Translations under genes and position numbers: made by a program
In this document: positions 10,285 through 19,018 of the stretch, in pieces
How positions within the stretch are numbered: position 1 is the stretch's first letter
Layout of the letters: each line of letters opens with the position of its first letter
The notes under the pieces: model-generated
Seen by the model: only the letters and a program-made list of their open reading frames with translations
The model's database searches: none
What the model was told of the DNA's origin: nothing
Assembly: GCA_011049425.1 (NCBI GenBank)
Contig: DSBM01000125.1
Location: forward strand, 1,553 to 65,552
Reading direction: 5' to 3'
DNA from: Candidatus Aminicenantes bacterium
Lineage (GTDB): Bacteria > Acidobacteriota > Aminicenantia > UBA2199
Length of the DNA stretch: 64,000 nt

Positions 10285-10300
10285 TGGCAACATTTTTGCT
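10285..10300 (+). promoter_or_regulatory. sigma-54 (-24/-12) promoter TGGCAA-N5-TTGCT
   Basis: TGGCAACATTTTTGCT matches RpoN consensus TGGCAC-N5-TTGCW with GG/GC spacing exact; located 25 nt upstream of ATG 10325 with RBS GGAGG at 10315-10319. Confidence 0.6.
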
Positions 10301-10324
10301 GTTAATGAAGCAGTGGAGGTACTC

Positions 10325-10996
10325 ATGAAACGCATAATGATTGTTTGGCTGAGTGTGTTGTTGGCCGCTTCAATGGGATTGTCGGCCCAAAGCCTGAACC
10401 TGAAAGCCGGGGTGTTTATCCCCTTCATGGAATCGGATCTCTGGGATATCAACCGGGCCAACCTGGAGTTCGAAAAAGCGGATATGGTGGACCTGTATTA
10501 CGGACTGGAATACGAATGGCTCATGAGCGAACGGTTCTCACTCTCTTTTGAAGGGGGAATCTACAAGAAGGAAAAGCGGAGCTACTACCGTGACTTTGAG
10601 TTTAGTGACGGCTCTCTGATTCCCCAGAATGTTTCGTTGAGAATCACCTCCCTGGAAGCCACCGTCAAACTCTACCCCATCGGGCGCCGTCGTGCCCTTT
10701 ACCCCTTCCTTGCTCTCGGCGGCGGTCTATACGCCTGGAAATACGAGCAATGGGGGAATTTTATCGACAACCAGGATTACAGCGTCTACGAAGGGTATGC
10801 CGACGCGTCGAAATTCAGTCCCGGATTCACCGGTAAAGCCGGTATGGTTCTGCGGCTTGGGCGCAATTCAGGCATCTCCCTGGAAGCCCGATACCTTTAT
10901 CTCAAGGCCGAGTTGGGTGAGTTGTTCGAAGGCTTCGAAGATCTGGACATGCGCGGACTGTCAATCAACGCGGGGATCCATTTCTTTCTCTGGTGA
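10325..10996 (+). CDS. outer-membrane beta-barrel protein (OmpA-like barrel/porin family)
   Basis: ORF 10313-10996; start placed at ATG 10325 (MKRIMIVWLSVLLAASMGLSAQS signal peptide) because 10313 precedes predicted sigma-54 TSS; alternating hydrophobic beta-strand pattern; C-terminal aromatic (F-L-W). Confidence 0.6.
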   Translation: MKRIMIVWLSVLLAASMGLSAQSLNLKAGVFIPFMESDLWDINRANLEFEKADMVDLYYGLEYEWLMSERFSLSFEGGIYKKEKRSYYRDFEFSDGSLIPQNVSLRITSLEATVKLYPIGRRRALYPFLALGGGLYAWKYEQWGNFIDNQDYSVYEGYADASKFSPGFTGKAGMVLRLGRNSGISLEARYLYLKAELGELFEGFEDLDMRGLSINAGIHFFLW

Positions 10997-10997
10997 T

Positions 10998-11498
10998 TCA
11001 GCCGGAATGGACGTCAAGTCCCAGTCGTTTCATTTCTTTTGCCAGGCCGGCGGCATTCAAGTTGCGCCATTGAATAAAGATATTTCGCTGCCCGTTCTCT
11101 TCGCCTGCAAATTCCAGGATAACGGTGACGGCATCGGGTAATTTCTGGTAGCGAGGTCCCAGGTATTGGGCCCATTCCACTACCTGGATTGCTTCCCCGA
11201 GTTCATCGTCGATTTCCGGCATGCGTCCGCCCGCAACCGCTTCCAAGCGGTACAGGTCGTAATGGAGCAACCGCAATCCGTCGGCAAGATCGTGAACATT
11301 CATCAAGGAAAAAGTCGGGCTGACGATGTCGCCCGGATCTCCTCCCAGCCCGGCGTACAGGCCCTGGACAAAACGAGTCTTGCCAACGCCCAGTCCGCCA
11401 TGAACCAGGATCAGCTCTTTGCCGATCAGGACTCCGCCCAGGGCGTTCCCCCAGAGCCGGGTTTCAGCGCTCGATCGTGAAAGGCCCCGGATCATCAT
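10998..11498 (-). CDS. tsaE: tRNA threonylcarbamoyladenosine biosynthesis protein TsaE
   Basis: ORF 10998-11540; P-loop LILVHGGLGVGKTRFVQGL and SPTFSLMNVH motifs typical of TsaE/YjeE; start uncertain (11498 or 11540); conserved nnr-tsaE adjacency. Confidence 0.7.
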   Translation of the reverse strand: MMIRGLSRSSAETRLWGNALGGVLIGKELILVHGGLGVGKTRFVQGLYAGLGGDPGDIVSPTFSLMNVHDLADGLRLLHYDLYRLEAVAGGRMPEIDDELGEAIQVVEWAQYLGPRYQKLPDAVTVILEFAGEENGQRNIFIQWRNLNAAGLAKEMKRLGLDVHSG

Positions 11499-13023
11499 GA
11501 ATTCCCTTAATGGCCGCGGGCAATTCATCCAGCAGGTCACCCGCCGTCATGCCGATCTCTCCCATGCGTGCGGCGGCCAGGTCTCCGGCCTTTCCGTGAA
11601 GGTAAACCGCGGCGGCGCAAATCTCGTCCAACGGGCAATGACTGCGCGCCCGGGCCACCTGGGCCGCAATGAATCCGGTTAATACGTCCCCGCTCCCGGC
11701 AGTAGCCATTCCGGGATTACCGGTTGCGTTCACCCACACACGACCCTGGGGTGAAGCCACCACCGTGTGATGACCTTTCAAAACCACGACAATCTTGTTT
11801 TCCATGGCCACTGCACGGGCCGCCCGCCAACGGTCCGCCAGAATTTTTTCGGCCGGCCAACCGGTCAAGCGTGAGAACTCTCCGGGATGGGGAGTGATCA
11901 CCACCGGAGCGGATGCATCGCGCAAACGCGGCAGGTTCCCGGCCAATGCATTCAAGGCATCCGCATCCAGGATCAAGGGCACTTTTGACACGCTCAACAA
12001 GCGGTTCAGCATTTCCGGAATCGGGTTATCCACTCCCAGCCCGGGACCGACAGCGATGGCATCGAAGCCTTGCAGCACGGCCGCCAGGTCATCGGCTTGC
12101 CGCCAGTAGAGGGTCATGATTTCCGGATTCCGAAGTGCTGCCGACGGACTGTTCTGGGGCAAGGCAAGGGTGCTCAGCCCCGCGCCTCCGCGCAGGGCCG
12201 CATACGCGCAGAGAAATCCGGCACCGGGTTTGTCTACTGAACCGGCAATCGAAAGCACATGCCCGAAATCTTTCTTGTGGGCCCCGGGTGTGCGCGGCGC
12301 CGCCAAGGGATAAGCCAACTCCGGCGTCGTGATCATTAACGAATCCCCCACTCCCGCTTCAGCCATGGTGGGAATCCCGATATCCACTACGCGGATGCGC
12401 CCGCATTGGGAATTTCCATCCGGATAAAGGTGCGCCACTTTCAAGGCATGAAAAGTAGCCGTACATGCGGCATGCACGCAGAGTCCTTTCCCGGGAAGCA
12501 CACTTTCGCATAGACCGGAGGGAACATCCACTGCGGCAACGGGTAAACCCGAGGCATTGATTGCCTGGATCGCCTGCGCCAGTGGACCCTCGATAACCGG
12601 GCGATCGATACCGATGCCCAGCAAGGCGTCCACTATAAAAGTCCGTTCCCGGGGCATTTGCGCAAACAACCGCGACAACGCTTCCTTTCCCGGCAATATG
12701 TGTACCGGTATACCCAGGGATGTCATTAATGCGTATTGCCGCGCTGAATCGGCACGCAATGCAGTTGGTTCCGCCATGAGGCAAACAACCGTGGAGACAT
12801 TCCAATCCGCCAGGATCCGGGCCACGGCCATTCCGTCTCCGCCGTTGTTGCCCCTTCCCGCCAAGACCACAGCATGGCTGAAGCGTGCAGCCGGGAAACA
12901 CTCCCGGAACCAGCGCGCCGCTCCCCGGGAAGCGTTCTCCATCAAAACCAGGGAGGGGATACCGATCTTTTCAATGGCCCGGGAATCGATTTCCCGCATC
13001 CATTGGGCGGTCAACAATTTCAC
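11464..13023 (-). CDS. nnr: bifunctional NAD(P)H-hydrate repair enzyme (epimerase + ADP-dependent dehydratase)
   Basis: 519 aa; YjeF-N motif GRGNNGGDG and C-terminal carbohydrate-kinase-like domain GxGDVLTG. Confidence 0.9.
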   Translation of the reverse strand: MKLLTAQWMREIDSRAIEKIGIPSLVLMENASRGAARWFRECFPAARFSHAVVLAGRGNNGGDGMAVARILADWNVSTVVCLMAEPTALRADSARQYALMTSLGIPVHILPGKEALSRLFAQMPRERTFIVDALLGIGIDRPVIEGPLAQAIQAINASGLPVAAVDVPSGLCESVLPGKGLCVHAACTATFHALKVAHLYPDGNSQCGRIRVVDIGIPTMAEAGVGDSLMITTPELAYPLAAPRTPGAHKKDFGHVLSIAGSVDKPGAGFLCAYAALRGGAGLSTLALPQNSPSAALRNPEIMTLYWRQADDLAAVLQGFDAIAVGPGLGVDNPIPEMLNRLLSVSKVPLILDADALNALAGNLPRLRDASAPVVITPHPGEFSRLTGWPAEKILADRWRAARAVAMENKIVVVLKGHHTVVASPQGRVWVNATGNPGMATAGSGDVLTGFIAAQVARARSHCPLDEICAAAVYLHGKAGDLAAARMGEIGMTAGDLLDELPAAIKGIHDDPGPFTIER

Positions 13024-15212
13024 TTTTTGGTCCCGCCCTTCTTTTTATCCGGCTTTTTTGTTTGCTTTTTTTCTTTTTCCGACAAGTCATCCAGTTTGGA
13101 AGCCAGAATACCGCCGAAACCGCCATCGTCCTGGTACGCGACCTCTTTCTTTTCCTTGGGAACCTCAACCGGCTTTTTCTCAAGCACTTCTTCCTTGAGC
13201 TTTTCCAGTTGGATTTCCTCTTCGATCTCATCCATGTCCAGGGTTTCCTCTTCAGGAACCGGTGCCTTTTCCACTCGCTTTTTGGGCTTGGGTGTTTTCT
13301 CCTCTTCTTCAGTGCGACGCCGGCGACGAGTCGTTTCCGCCTCCGCCTCCTTTGGTTCGGCAACCACGGGCGGCACTTCAACAGCCTGCAGCCGTTCTCC
13401 CAGTTTCTCGATGCGGATGCGACGCATGCGCTCTTCTTTTATGCGCATCTCTTCTTCGCGGCGGCGACGCCGTTCTTCACGCAACAAACGGATCTCTTCT
13501 TCGCGGCTGCTCTCTTCCCCGGCTTGCGTATCAGCGGCCGAAACCACCTCTGCTTCGACCTCCACTTCCGCCTTCTCTTCAATTTCATGAACCTCCAACA
13601 GGCGTTCACGTTCCTCTGTTTCGGGCTGACCAATGGAATCAGAATCCAGGTAGAAAACACCGGGGACCTTCTCAGAAGAGACAAATTCCGGATTGGCCAG
13701 CAGGATGTCTTCCACGGTACGGAGACATACCGGATAGATGAGATCCAAAACATGGTACAAACGCAGGGTGTGGATCTCGTAATTGCGTTCACGGAGACCG
13801 AATACCAGGAAGACCCGCTGCACCAAGTCGTTCATGGAATCGGCTTCGCGGAAATCTTCGATATGTTCGTGCACAATGCGAAACACCTCTGATTCCAGGA
13901 ACATGGTTTTGTTGGCAAACACCGGCGAAGCCACTTTTTCTTCCGTAACCCGGAACGTGCCTTTATCCGGATCGTACTCCACGCGATCAGAGACCGTACC
14001 TTTCTTGGTGGTTCGCACCTCGAACTGAAAACGATCTTCGCCAACCTGCTCCAGGGTCAGACTCAGGGCCTGAAGGGCGCGAATGCCCTCAAAGTAATCC
14101 TTGAACCCCATGATCAACTGGTCATCCGGATAGTAATAGAGAGTGAGTTCCTTTTTGGTGCCGACTTCATGGGCCGTGAGTTCAATCGATTCCCCAAATT
14201 GAAACGTCCCGGGCTTGACACGCAACGCCCCTGAAGCCACTTCACGCTGGGTCAGGTAAAAACGGTTGGGTTCCGGAAACAACTCCGCATTCAATTTTCG
14301 CCGTAACAACGTCAATCCCTTGCGGTTGGGCAGGTGAACCTCTTTTTCCAAAGGATTAAACAAGCTGATTAAAGAATCTTTGCGCAAATGGTAGATAACG
14401 GAAATCAAGTTCCAGCGTCCCCAACCCGTCATGCTGGTCTGATGAAAATCGATCTTGAAATCCCGCATCATGCGGAAATTCAAGGCAAAACAATAGGCGG
14501 AAAAAGCGGGGTCTTTGGGTTTGATTTTGACAAAATTCTCCACCAGAAACTCCGTACTTTCCGATTTTTTGTTTTCACGAAGAAATTCACGAATATGGCT
14601 GAATACGCTGTCGTCGATTTTCTTCAGGTTCTCCTCAAGCAACAATCTCTCCGAGATAAAGGCCACTCCCTGGATGCGGCTCAACGCGCTGACCACTTTT
14701 TTGCGCAAGCGATTGAAATCACGTTCCACCAGGGGTTGCTGCTTGAGACGCGGGTCTTGCTCTTCTTCCAGATACCGGGTTTTGCAAATGGGGCGAGCCT
14801 GCTTATGCGGCAACAGCAAATCGATTTTCTGTCGTTCCAGGTATTGGGTGTACCCGAGAAAATCCGAAGTACCGTCGTATTCCAGCCGTATCTCATGGCG
14901 CCCCAGGTTCTGGCGCACTTCCACCACCTTTAACACAACGCCGTGATCCATTTCAATGAAACGCTTGGCCCCGGTCGGCAGTTTGCCGGAGTATTCTTTA
15001 AAGATCAGGTCGCCTTCCCGGTATTCACAACCGGGATCGAAGATCTTGACCCGATTTTTGCGCAAATGCCTGGTTTTAACCAGCGCCAGGTGGTATACCA
15101 GTTCATCCAGTTCCTGAGGGATTTCCTTGCCCTTTAAATAGGAGCGGATCACCTCAACATCTGGATCTTCAATATTCAGGTTGACTTCCACCATTCTCTC
15201 CTTGTATCGCAA
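13020..15212 (-). CDS. hypothetical 730-aa protein with ~170-aa E/R/K-rich highly charged C-terminal tail
   Basis: Long ORF, 4-nt overlap with nnr; globular N-terminal ~560 aa with no motif I recognise; tail EEIRLLREERRRRREEEMRIKEERMRRIRIEKLGERL... resembles ER/K single-alpha-helix segments; antisense low-complexity ORFs 12874-13892 are artefacts. Confidence 0.6.
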   Translation of the reverse strand: MRYKERMVEVNLNIEDPDVEVIRSYLKGKEIPQELDELVYHLALVKTRHLRKNRVKIFDPGCEYREGDLIFKEYSGKLPTGAKRFIEMDHGVVLKVVEVRQNLGRHEIRLEYDGTSDFLGYTQYLERQKIDLLLPHKQARPICKTRYLEEEQDPRLKQQPLVERDFNRLRKKVVSALSRIQGVAFISERLLLEENLKKIDDSVFSHIREFLRENKKSESTEFLVENFVKIKPKDPAFSAYCFALNFRMMRDFKIDFHQTSMTGWGRWNLISVIYHLRKDSLISLFNPLEKEVHLPNRKGLTLLRRKLNAELFPEPNRFYLTQREVASGALRVKPGTFQFGESIELTAHEVGTKKELTLYYYPDDQLIMGFKDYFEGIRALQALSLTLEQVGEDRFQFEVRTTKKGTVSDRVEYDPDKGTFRVTEEKVASPVFANKTMFLESEVFRIVHEHIEDFREADSMNDLVQRVFLVFGLRERNYEIHTLRLYHVLDLIYPVCLRTVEDILLANPEFVSSEKVPGVFYLDSDSIGQPETEERERLLEVHEIEEKAEVEVEAEVVSAADTQAGEESSREEEIRLLREERRRRREEEMRIKEERMRRIRIEKLGERLQAVEVPPVVAEPKEAEAETTRRRRRTEEEEKTPKPKKRVEKAPVPEEETLDMDEIEEEIQLEKLKEEVLEKKPVEVPKEKKEVAYQDDGGFGGILASKLDDLSEKEKKQTKKPDKKKGGTKK

Positions 15213-15222
15213 TGAACTGGTT

Positions 15223-16182
15223 TCATGACTCCCCTCCAGCCACGATACGTGTGCCGGACCTCCCGATCATTGCCGCTTTCAGTTTCTCTGCTGAAGTGAT
15301 CAACACTTCCCGGCCTCCCGCCTCAATGTACTCCATGGCGGCCTTGATCTTGGGCGCCATTGAGCCGGCCGGGAATTGCCCGGCCTCCAGCATGGCCCGG
15401 GCCCGGGACAGGCTCATGACACGTACCGGCTTGGCTTCCGGAGTTCCGAAATTTTCATACACACGGTCCACGCCGGTAAGGATCACGAAAAGGTCAACCC
15501 CTTCTTCTCGAGCGATCAAAGAAGCGGCGAAATCTTTGTCGATTACCGCTTCCACTCCCTCCAGATAGCCCGAGCCGTTGATATGAACCGGAATACCGCC
15601 CCCGCCGGCGCTGATGACGATGACGCCGTTGTCAAGCAGGGTACGAATGGCGCGTTTGGGAACGATATCGATGGGATGCGGCGAAGGCACAACGCGCCTG
15701 AAACCCCTTCCGGCATCTTCCACCATCTCCCAACGATTTTCTCTTCTCAACTGCCGAGCGCGAAAATCCGGGTAAAACGGACCGATGGGTTTGGTGGGAC
15801 GGGAAAAGGCGGGATCATTGCGATCCACCACCACCTGGGTCAGCATCGTAACCACTTCTTTGTCGATCGATCGTTTGCGCAGCTCGTTGATCAATGCCCG
15901 CTCCAGCAAGTACCCCATACTGCCCTCAGTCATGGCATCACAGATATCAATGGGCATGGGCGGAGTAATATTGGCCCCGGCTTCCATCTGCAACAGAATG
16001 TTGCCCACCTGTGGTCCGTTGCCGTGAACGATCACCAACTCGTACCCTTTGCGCACGATTTCCGCCATCAGGGCGGCTGCGTTACGGGCATTGCGGTATT
16101 GTTCGCTGGCGGTTCCCCGGCTGCCCGCGGGCAACATGGCGTTGCCGCCGAATGCTACAAGCGCTGTTCGTTTTTTCATCAC
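15223..16182 (-). CDS. arcC: carbamate kinase
   Basis: 319 aa; LVAFGGNAM...VIVHGNGPQVGN amino-acid-kinase fold motifs characteristic of carbamate kinase. Confidence 0.85.
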   Translation of the reverse strand: MMKKRTALVAFGGNAMLPAGSRGTASEQYRNARNAAALMAEIVRKGYELVIVHGNGPQVGNILLQMEAGANITPPMPIDICDAMTEGSMGYLLERALINELRKRSIDKEVVTMLTQVVVDRNDPAFSRPTKPIGPFYPDFRARQLRRENRWEMVEDAGRGFRRVVPSPHPIDIVPKRAIRTLLDNGVIVISAGGGGIPVHINGSGYLEGVEAVIDKDFAASLIAREEGVDLFVILTGVDRVYENFGTPEAKPVRVMSLSRARAMLEAGQFPAGSMAPKIKAAMEYIEAGGREVLITSAEKLKAAMIGRSGTRIVAGGES

Positions 16183-16237
16183 CGTGCGGAACGGCCTGCC
16201 GAAACATTACCCGGCAGACCGTTAATTAACCGCGCTC

Positions 16238-17557
16238 CTATTTCCGAAATTTTTTTTGCAGAATGTCTGCAAGTGTGGGCTTGCCGATCTCATCCAGCTC
16301 GTATGTAACTCGAACCATGGGTTTATTGATGGTGATGACCCGTCCCAGATCAATGGGTGTGCCGATGATCACCAGATCACAGTCCACGGCATTGATCGTG
16401 GCCTCCAGATCCTTTATCTGCTTGTCACCGTATCCCATGGCCGGCAGCAGTTCTTCGCCGATTTCCGGATATTTGGCGTAGGTTTTTTCGATCTCGCCGA
16501 CCGCAAACGGACGCGGATTCACCAACTCCTCAGCTCCGAATTTGTATGCAGCCACGACTCCCGCACCATAGGTCATCTCGCCATGGGTCAGGGTAGGCCC
16601 GTCTTCCACAACCAGGACCCGCTTGCCGCGGATCTTTTCGGAATCATCAACGAAAACCGGGGAAGCAGCGTCCACGACAACCGCACCGGGATTGAACTCG
16701 CGGATATTTTCGCGAACCTCAAGGATACCATCCAGATCAGCGGTATCAATCTTGTTGATGACAATCACGTCGGCGCGACGCAGGTTGACTTCGCCCGGAT
16801 AATAAGAAACTTCGTGACCGGGACGATGGGGATCCACCACCACAATCTCCAGGTCTGAATGGTAGAAAGGGAAATCGTTGTTGCCGCCGTCCCACAATAT
16901 GATGTCTGCTTCTTTTTCCGCTTCGCGCAAGATGGCTTCATAATCGACGCCGGCATATATCACCGTACCACTGGCGATATGGGGCTCGTATTCTTCCATC
17001 TCTTCAATTGTACACTCGTGCTTTTTTAAATCTTCAAGCGAAGCAAAACGCTGCACCCGCTGTTTAACCAGGTCGCCATAAGGCATGGGGTGACGGATAG
17101 CCGCCACTTTCAGCCCCATCTCCTGGAGCACCGCGGATACCCGGCGGGTTGTCTGGCTCTTGCCGCAACCGGTTCGAACGGCACAGATCGAAACCACGGG
17201 CTTGGAACTCTTTACCATGGTTTCACCGGGACCGAGCAAGATGAAATTGGCGCCCGTCATATTTACCTGGGCGGAACGACTCATCACATACTCGTAGGGC
17301 AGGTCGCTGTATGAGAAATACACGTCCTGAATACCGTGATCACGGATCAGGTTTTCCAGTTCAGTCTCAGGATGGATGGGAATGCCGTTTGGATATTGTT
17401 CCTTTCCCGCCAGCTCAGCCGGATACTTTTTGTCATCGATCCCTGGAATCTGCGTGGCGGTAAAGGCCACTACCTCGATATCCTTGCGATGGCGGAAAAA
17501 CGTGTTGAAATTGTGAAAATCCCGTCCAGCCGCACCCATAATAAGGGCTTTGCGCAT
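16238..17557 (-). CDS. cyclic 2,3-diphosphoglycerate synthetase-like P-loop protein
   Basis: 439 aa; P-loop AVRTGCGKSQTT and overall length match the family annotated as cPGS homologues in bacteria; assignment by recollection of family, not verified. Confidence 0.55.
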   Translation of the reverse strand: MRKALIMGAAGRDFHNFNTFFRHRKDIEVVAFTATQIPGIDDKKYPAELAGKEQYPNGIPIHPETELENLIRDHGIQDVYFSYSDLPYEYVMSRSAQVNMTGANFILLGPGETMVKSSKPVVSICAVRTGCGKSQTTRRVSAVLQEMGLKVAAIRHPMPYGDLVKQRVQRFASLEDLKKHECTIEEMEEYEPHIASGTVIYAGVDYEAILREAEKEADIILWDGGNNDFPFYHSDLEIVVVDPHRPGHEVSYYPGEVNLRRADVIVINKIDTADLDGILEVRENIREFNPGAVVVDAASPVFVDDSEKIRGKRVLVVEDGPTLTHGEMTYGAGVVAAYKFGAEELVNPRPFAVGEIEKTYAKYPEIGEELLPAMGYGDKQIKDLEATINAVDCDLVIIGTPIDLGRVITINKPMVRVTYELDEIGKPTLADILQKKFRK

Positions 17558-17809
17558 ATTTTCCTCCTCTAGTTGGAATTAGAATTTACAACTTTCCCGT
17601 CAGAGTCTTTTCAGTATACTGAACTACATGGTCCAAGTCAACCACCGGCGGCGAAGACCCTCTGGTATCAGCGGGTCCGGAGTTTAAACAAACAATCAGA
17701 CAAGAGAACGGCACTGCTTTTAAAATCGCTTGCGTCCGCTTACGCGTATCCCCACGGTCTGCAACATGTCATTCATCCGTTTTAATCCATTCAATATAGA
17801 AGAGAACGG

Positions 17810-18886
17810 TCAGGCCTTTTTGTCTTTCGTGGAAACATCGCGGGAAAATCGGCACGCGGGATATCGCGAACAGCCCAGAAAACGTCCGTAGCGGCCCTTG
17901 CGCTCACGCAAGGGACTTCCGCACTCGGGACAGACCATCTCCGCGGGCATTTGCGCCTCGTTGACACTCAAGTCCAAAGTAAAACGGCAGCCGGGAAATG
18001 CCGTGCAACCCAAAAACTCTCCGTACCGGCCCTTGCGGCGTACCAGTGGTGCGCCGCATTCCGGACAGCTGTCGCACAAGTCGCCGGCCGGTTCCGATAC
18101 CCCGACAGCGAGTGACGGACCGGCGACTGCCGGGCAATCCGGACTGTAGCCGCACCAGCGACACAAGGCCGAAGGCCGGGGCGGAAATTCCTTTGCCTGC
18201 CGGATCACATCTATGGCCTCCACCAACTGTTGTTTTGTGTTATCCGCCTGGGCGCGAAAAAACAAAGTCGTTTTTGTCACTTGTTCACGCAGGTCCTCGA
18301 AACACAATTCCACGGCTTCATCCGTGGTCAGCGTCAAAGCAAACAGTGCGTACGCAGGCAATTGCAGGGAGTCGAAGGGATCGCCGGTACGGCCGGTCTT
18401 GTAATCGATCACGCGCAGACAACCATTCTCCTGGCGGGCAATGCGGTCCACCACACCGCGGAAAGCGATATCTGGAGAAAGATGCAACTGAAAGTTTTTT
18501 TCCAGCCCCAGGCTGAAACGCCGGTCATTGCCCATGACCCGTCTCTGATAGGCAAGCAGCATGTCGTGGCCGGCCTGGAAATACTCATGCAGAGATACCT
18601 CTTGCCGGACAATATGCAGGCGCTGGAGATCCGCTTGCTCCCACAACTCACGGTATTTTGCCTCCAATACGGCTGCCGGAACGGAGGCGGGCCCATCTGT
18701 GGCCGCATACGCCTGAAAGAGGACCCCGTGCATCACCCGGCCCATGTGGGTTTCCACCGTAACAAAAGCCTCAGGGCGCTTCTCCAGGTAACGGAAACGG
18801 AAAGCCATCGGGCAATTGTTGAACGTGGCAATGGCGGAGTAGCTGAATGTATCGATCACGGTATCTCCGAAAGGATTGTACCCCAC
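17810..18886 (-). CDS. PD-(D/E)XK (RecB/Cas4-like) nuclease fused to two topoisomerase-type C4 zinc ribbons
   Basis: 358 aa, GTG start; VIDYKTGR (D..E.K) nuclease core plus CRWCGYSPDC Cas4/AddB-like Cys cluster; C-terminal CPECGAPLVRRKGRYGEFLGCTAFPGCRF and CPECGSPLRERKGRYGRFLGCSRYPACRF = Topo I-type zf-C4. Confidence 0.7.
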   Translation of the reverse strand: MGYNPFGDTVIDTFSYSAIATFNNCPMAFRFRYLEKRPEAFVTVETHMGRVMHGVLFQAYAATDGPASVPAAVLEAKYRELWEQADLQRLHIVRQEVSLHEYFQAGHDMLLAYQRRVMGNDRRFSLGLEKNFQLHLSPDIAFRGVVDRIARQENGCLRVIDYKTGRTGDPFDSLQLPAYALFALTLTTDEAVELCFEDLREQVTKTTLFFRAQADNTKQQLVEAIDVIRQAKEFPPRPSALCRWCGYSPDCPAVAGPSLAVGVSEPAGDLCDSCPECGAPLVRRKGRYGEFLGCTAFPGCRFTLDLSVNEAQMPAEMVCPECGSPLRERKGRYGRFLGCSRYPACRFSRDVSTKDKKA

Positions 18887-19018
18887 GAATGGACGGAATC
18901 AAACGCCCCAACGATTCGCTGGGACAAACGCCTGAAAAATAAGGGCGTTTATACCATAATGTATAATGAAACCTTATGCTTTCGAAATGATATCAACTGC
19001 TCAGATCGGGAGGTCGGC

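Noticed and set aside
12874-13892. Two long plus-strand ORFs (238 and 335 aa) rich in F/L/S/R
   Set aside because: Antisense read-through of the E/R/K low-complexity tail of the 730-aa minus-strand gene. Composition-driven artefacts with no start context.
18230-19018. 5' part of the 764-aa plus-strand ORF 18230-20524
   Set aside because: Overlaps the nuclease gene on the opposite strand. The real start with RBS and signal peptide is ATG 19019.
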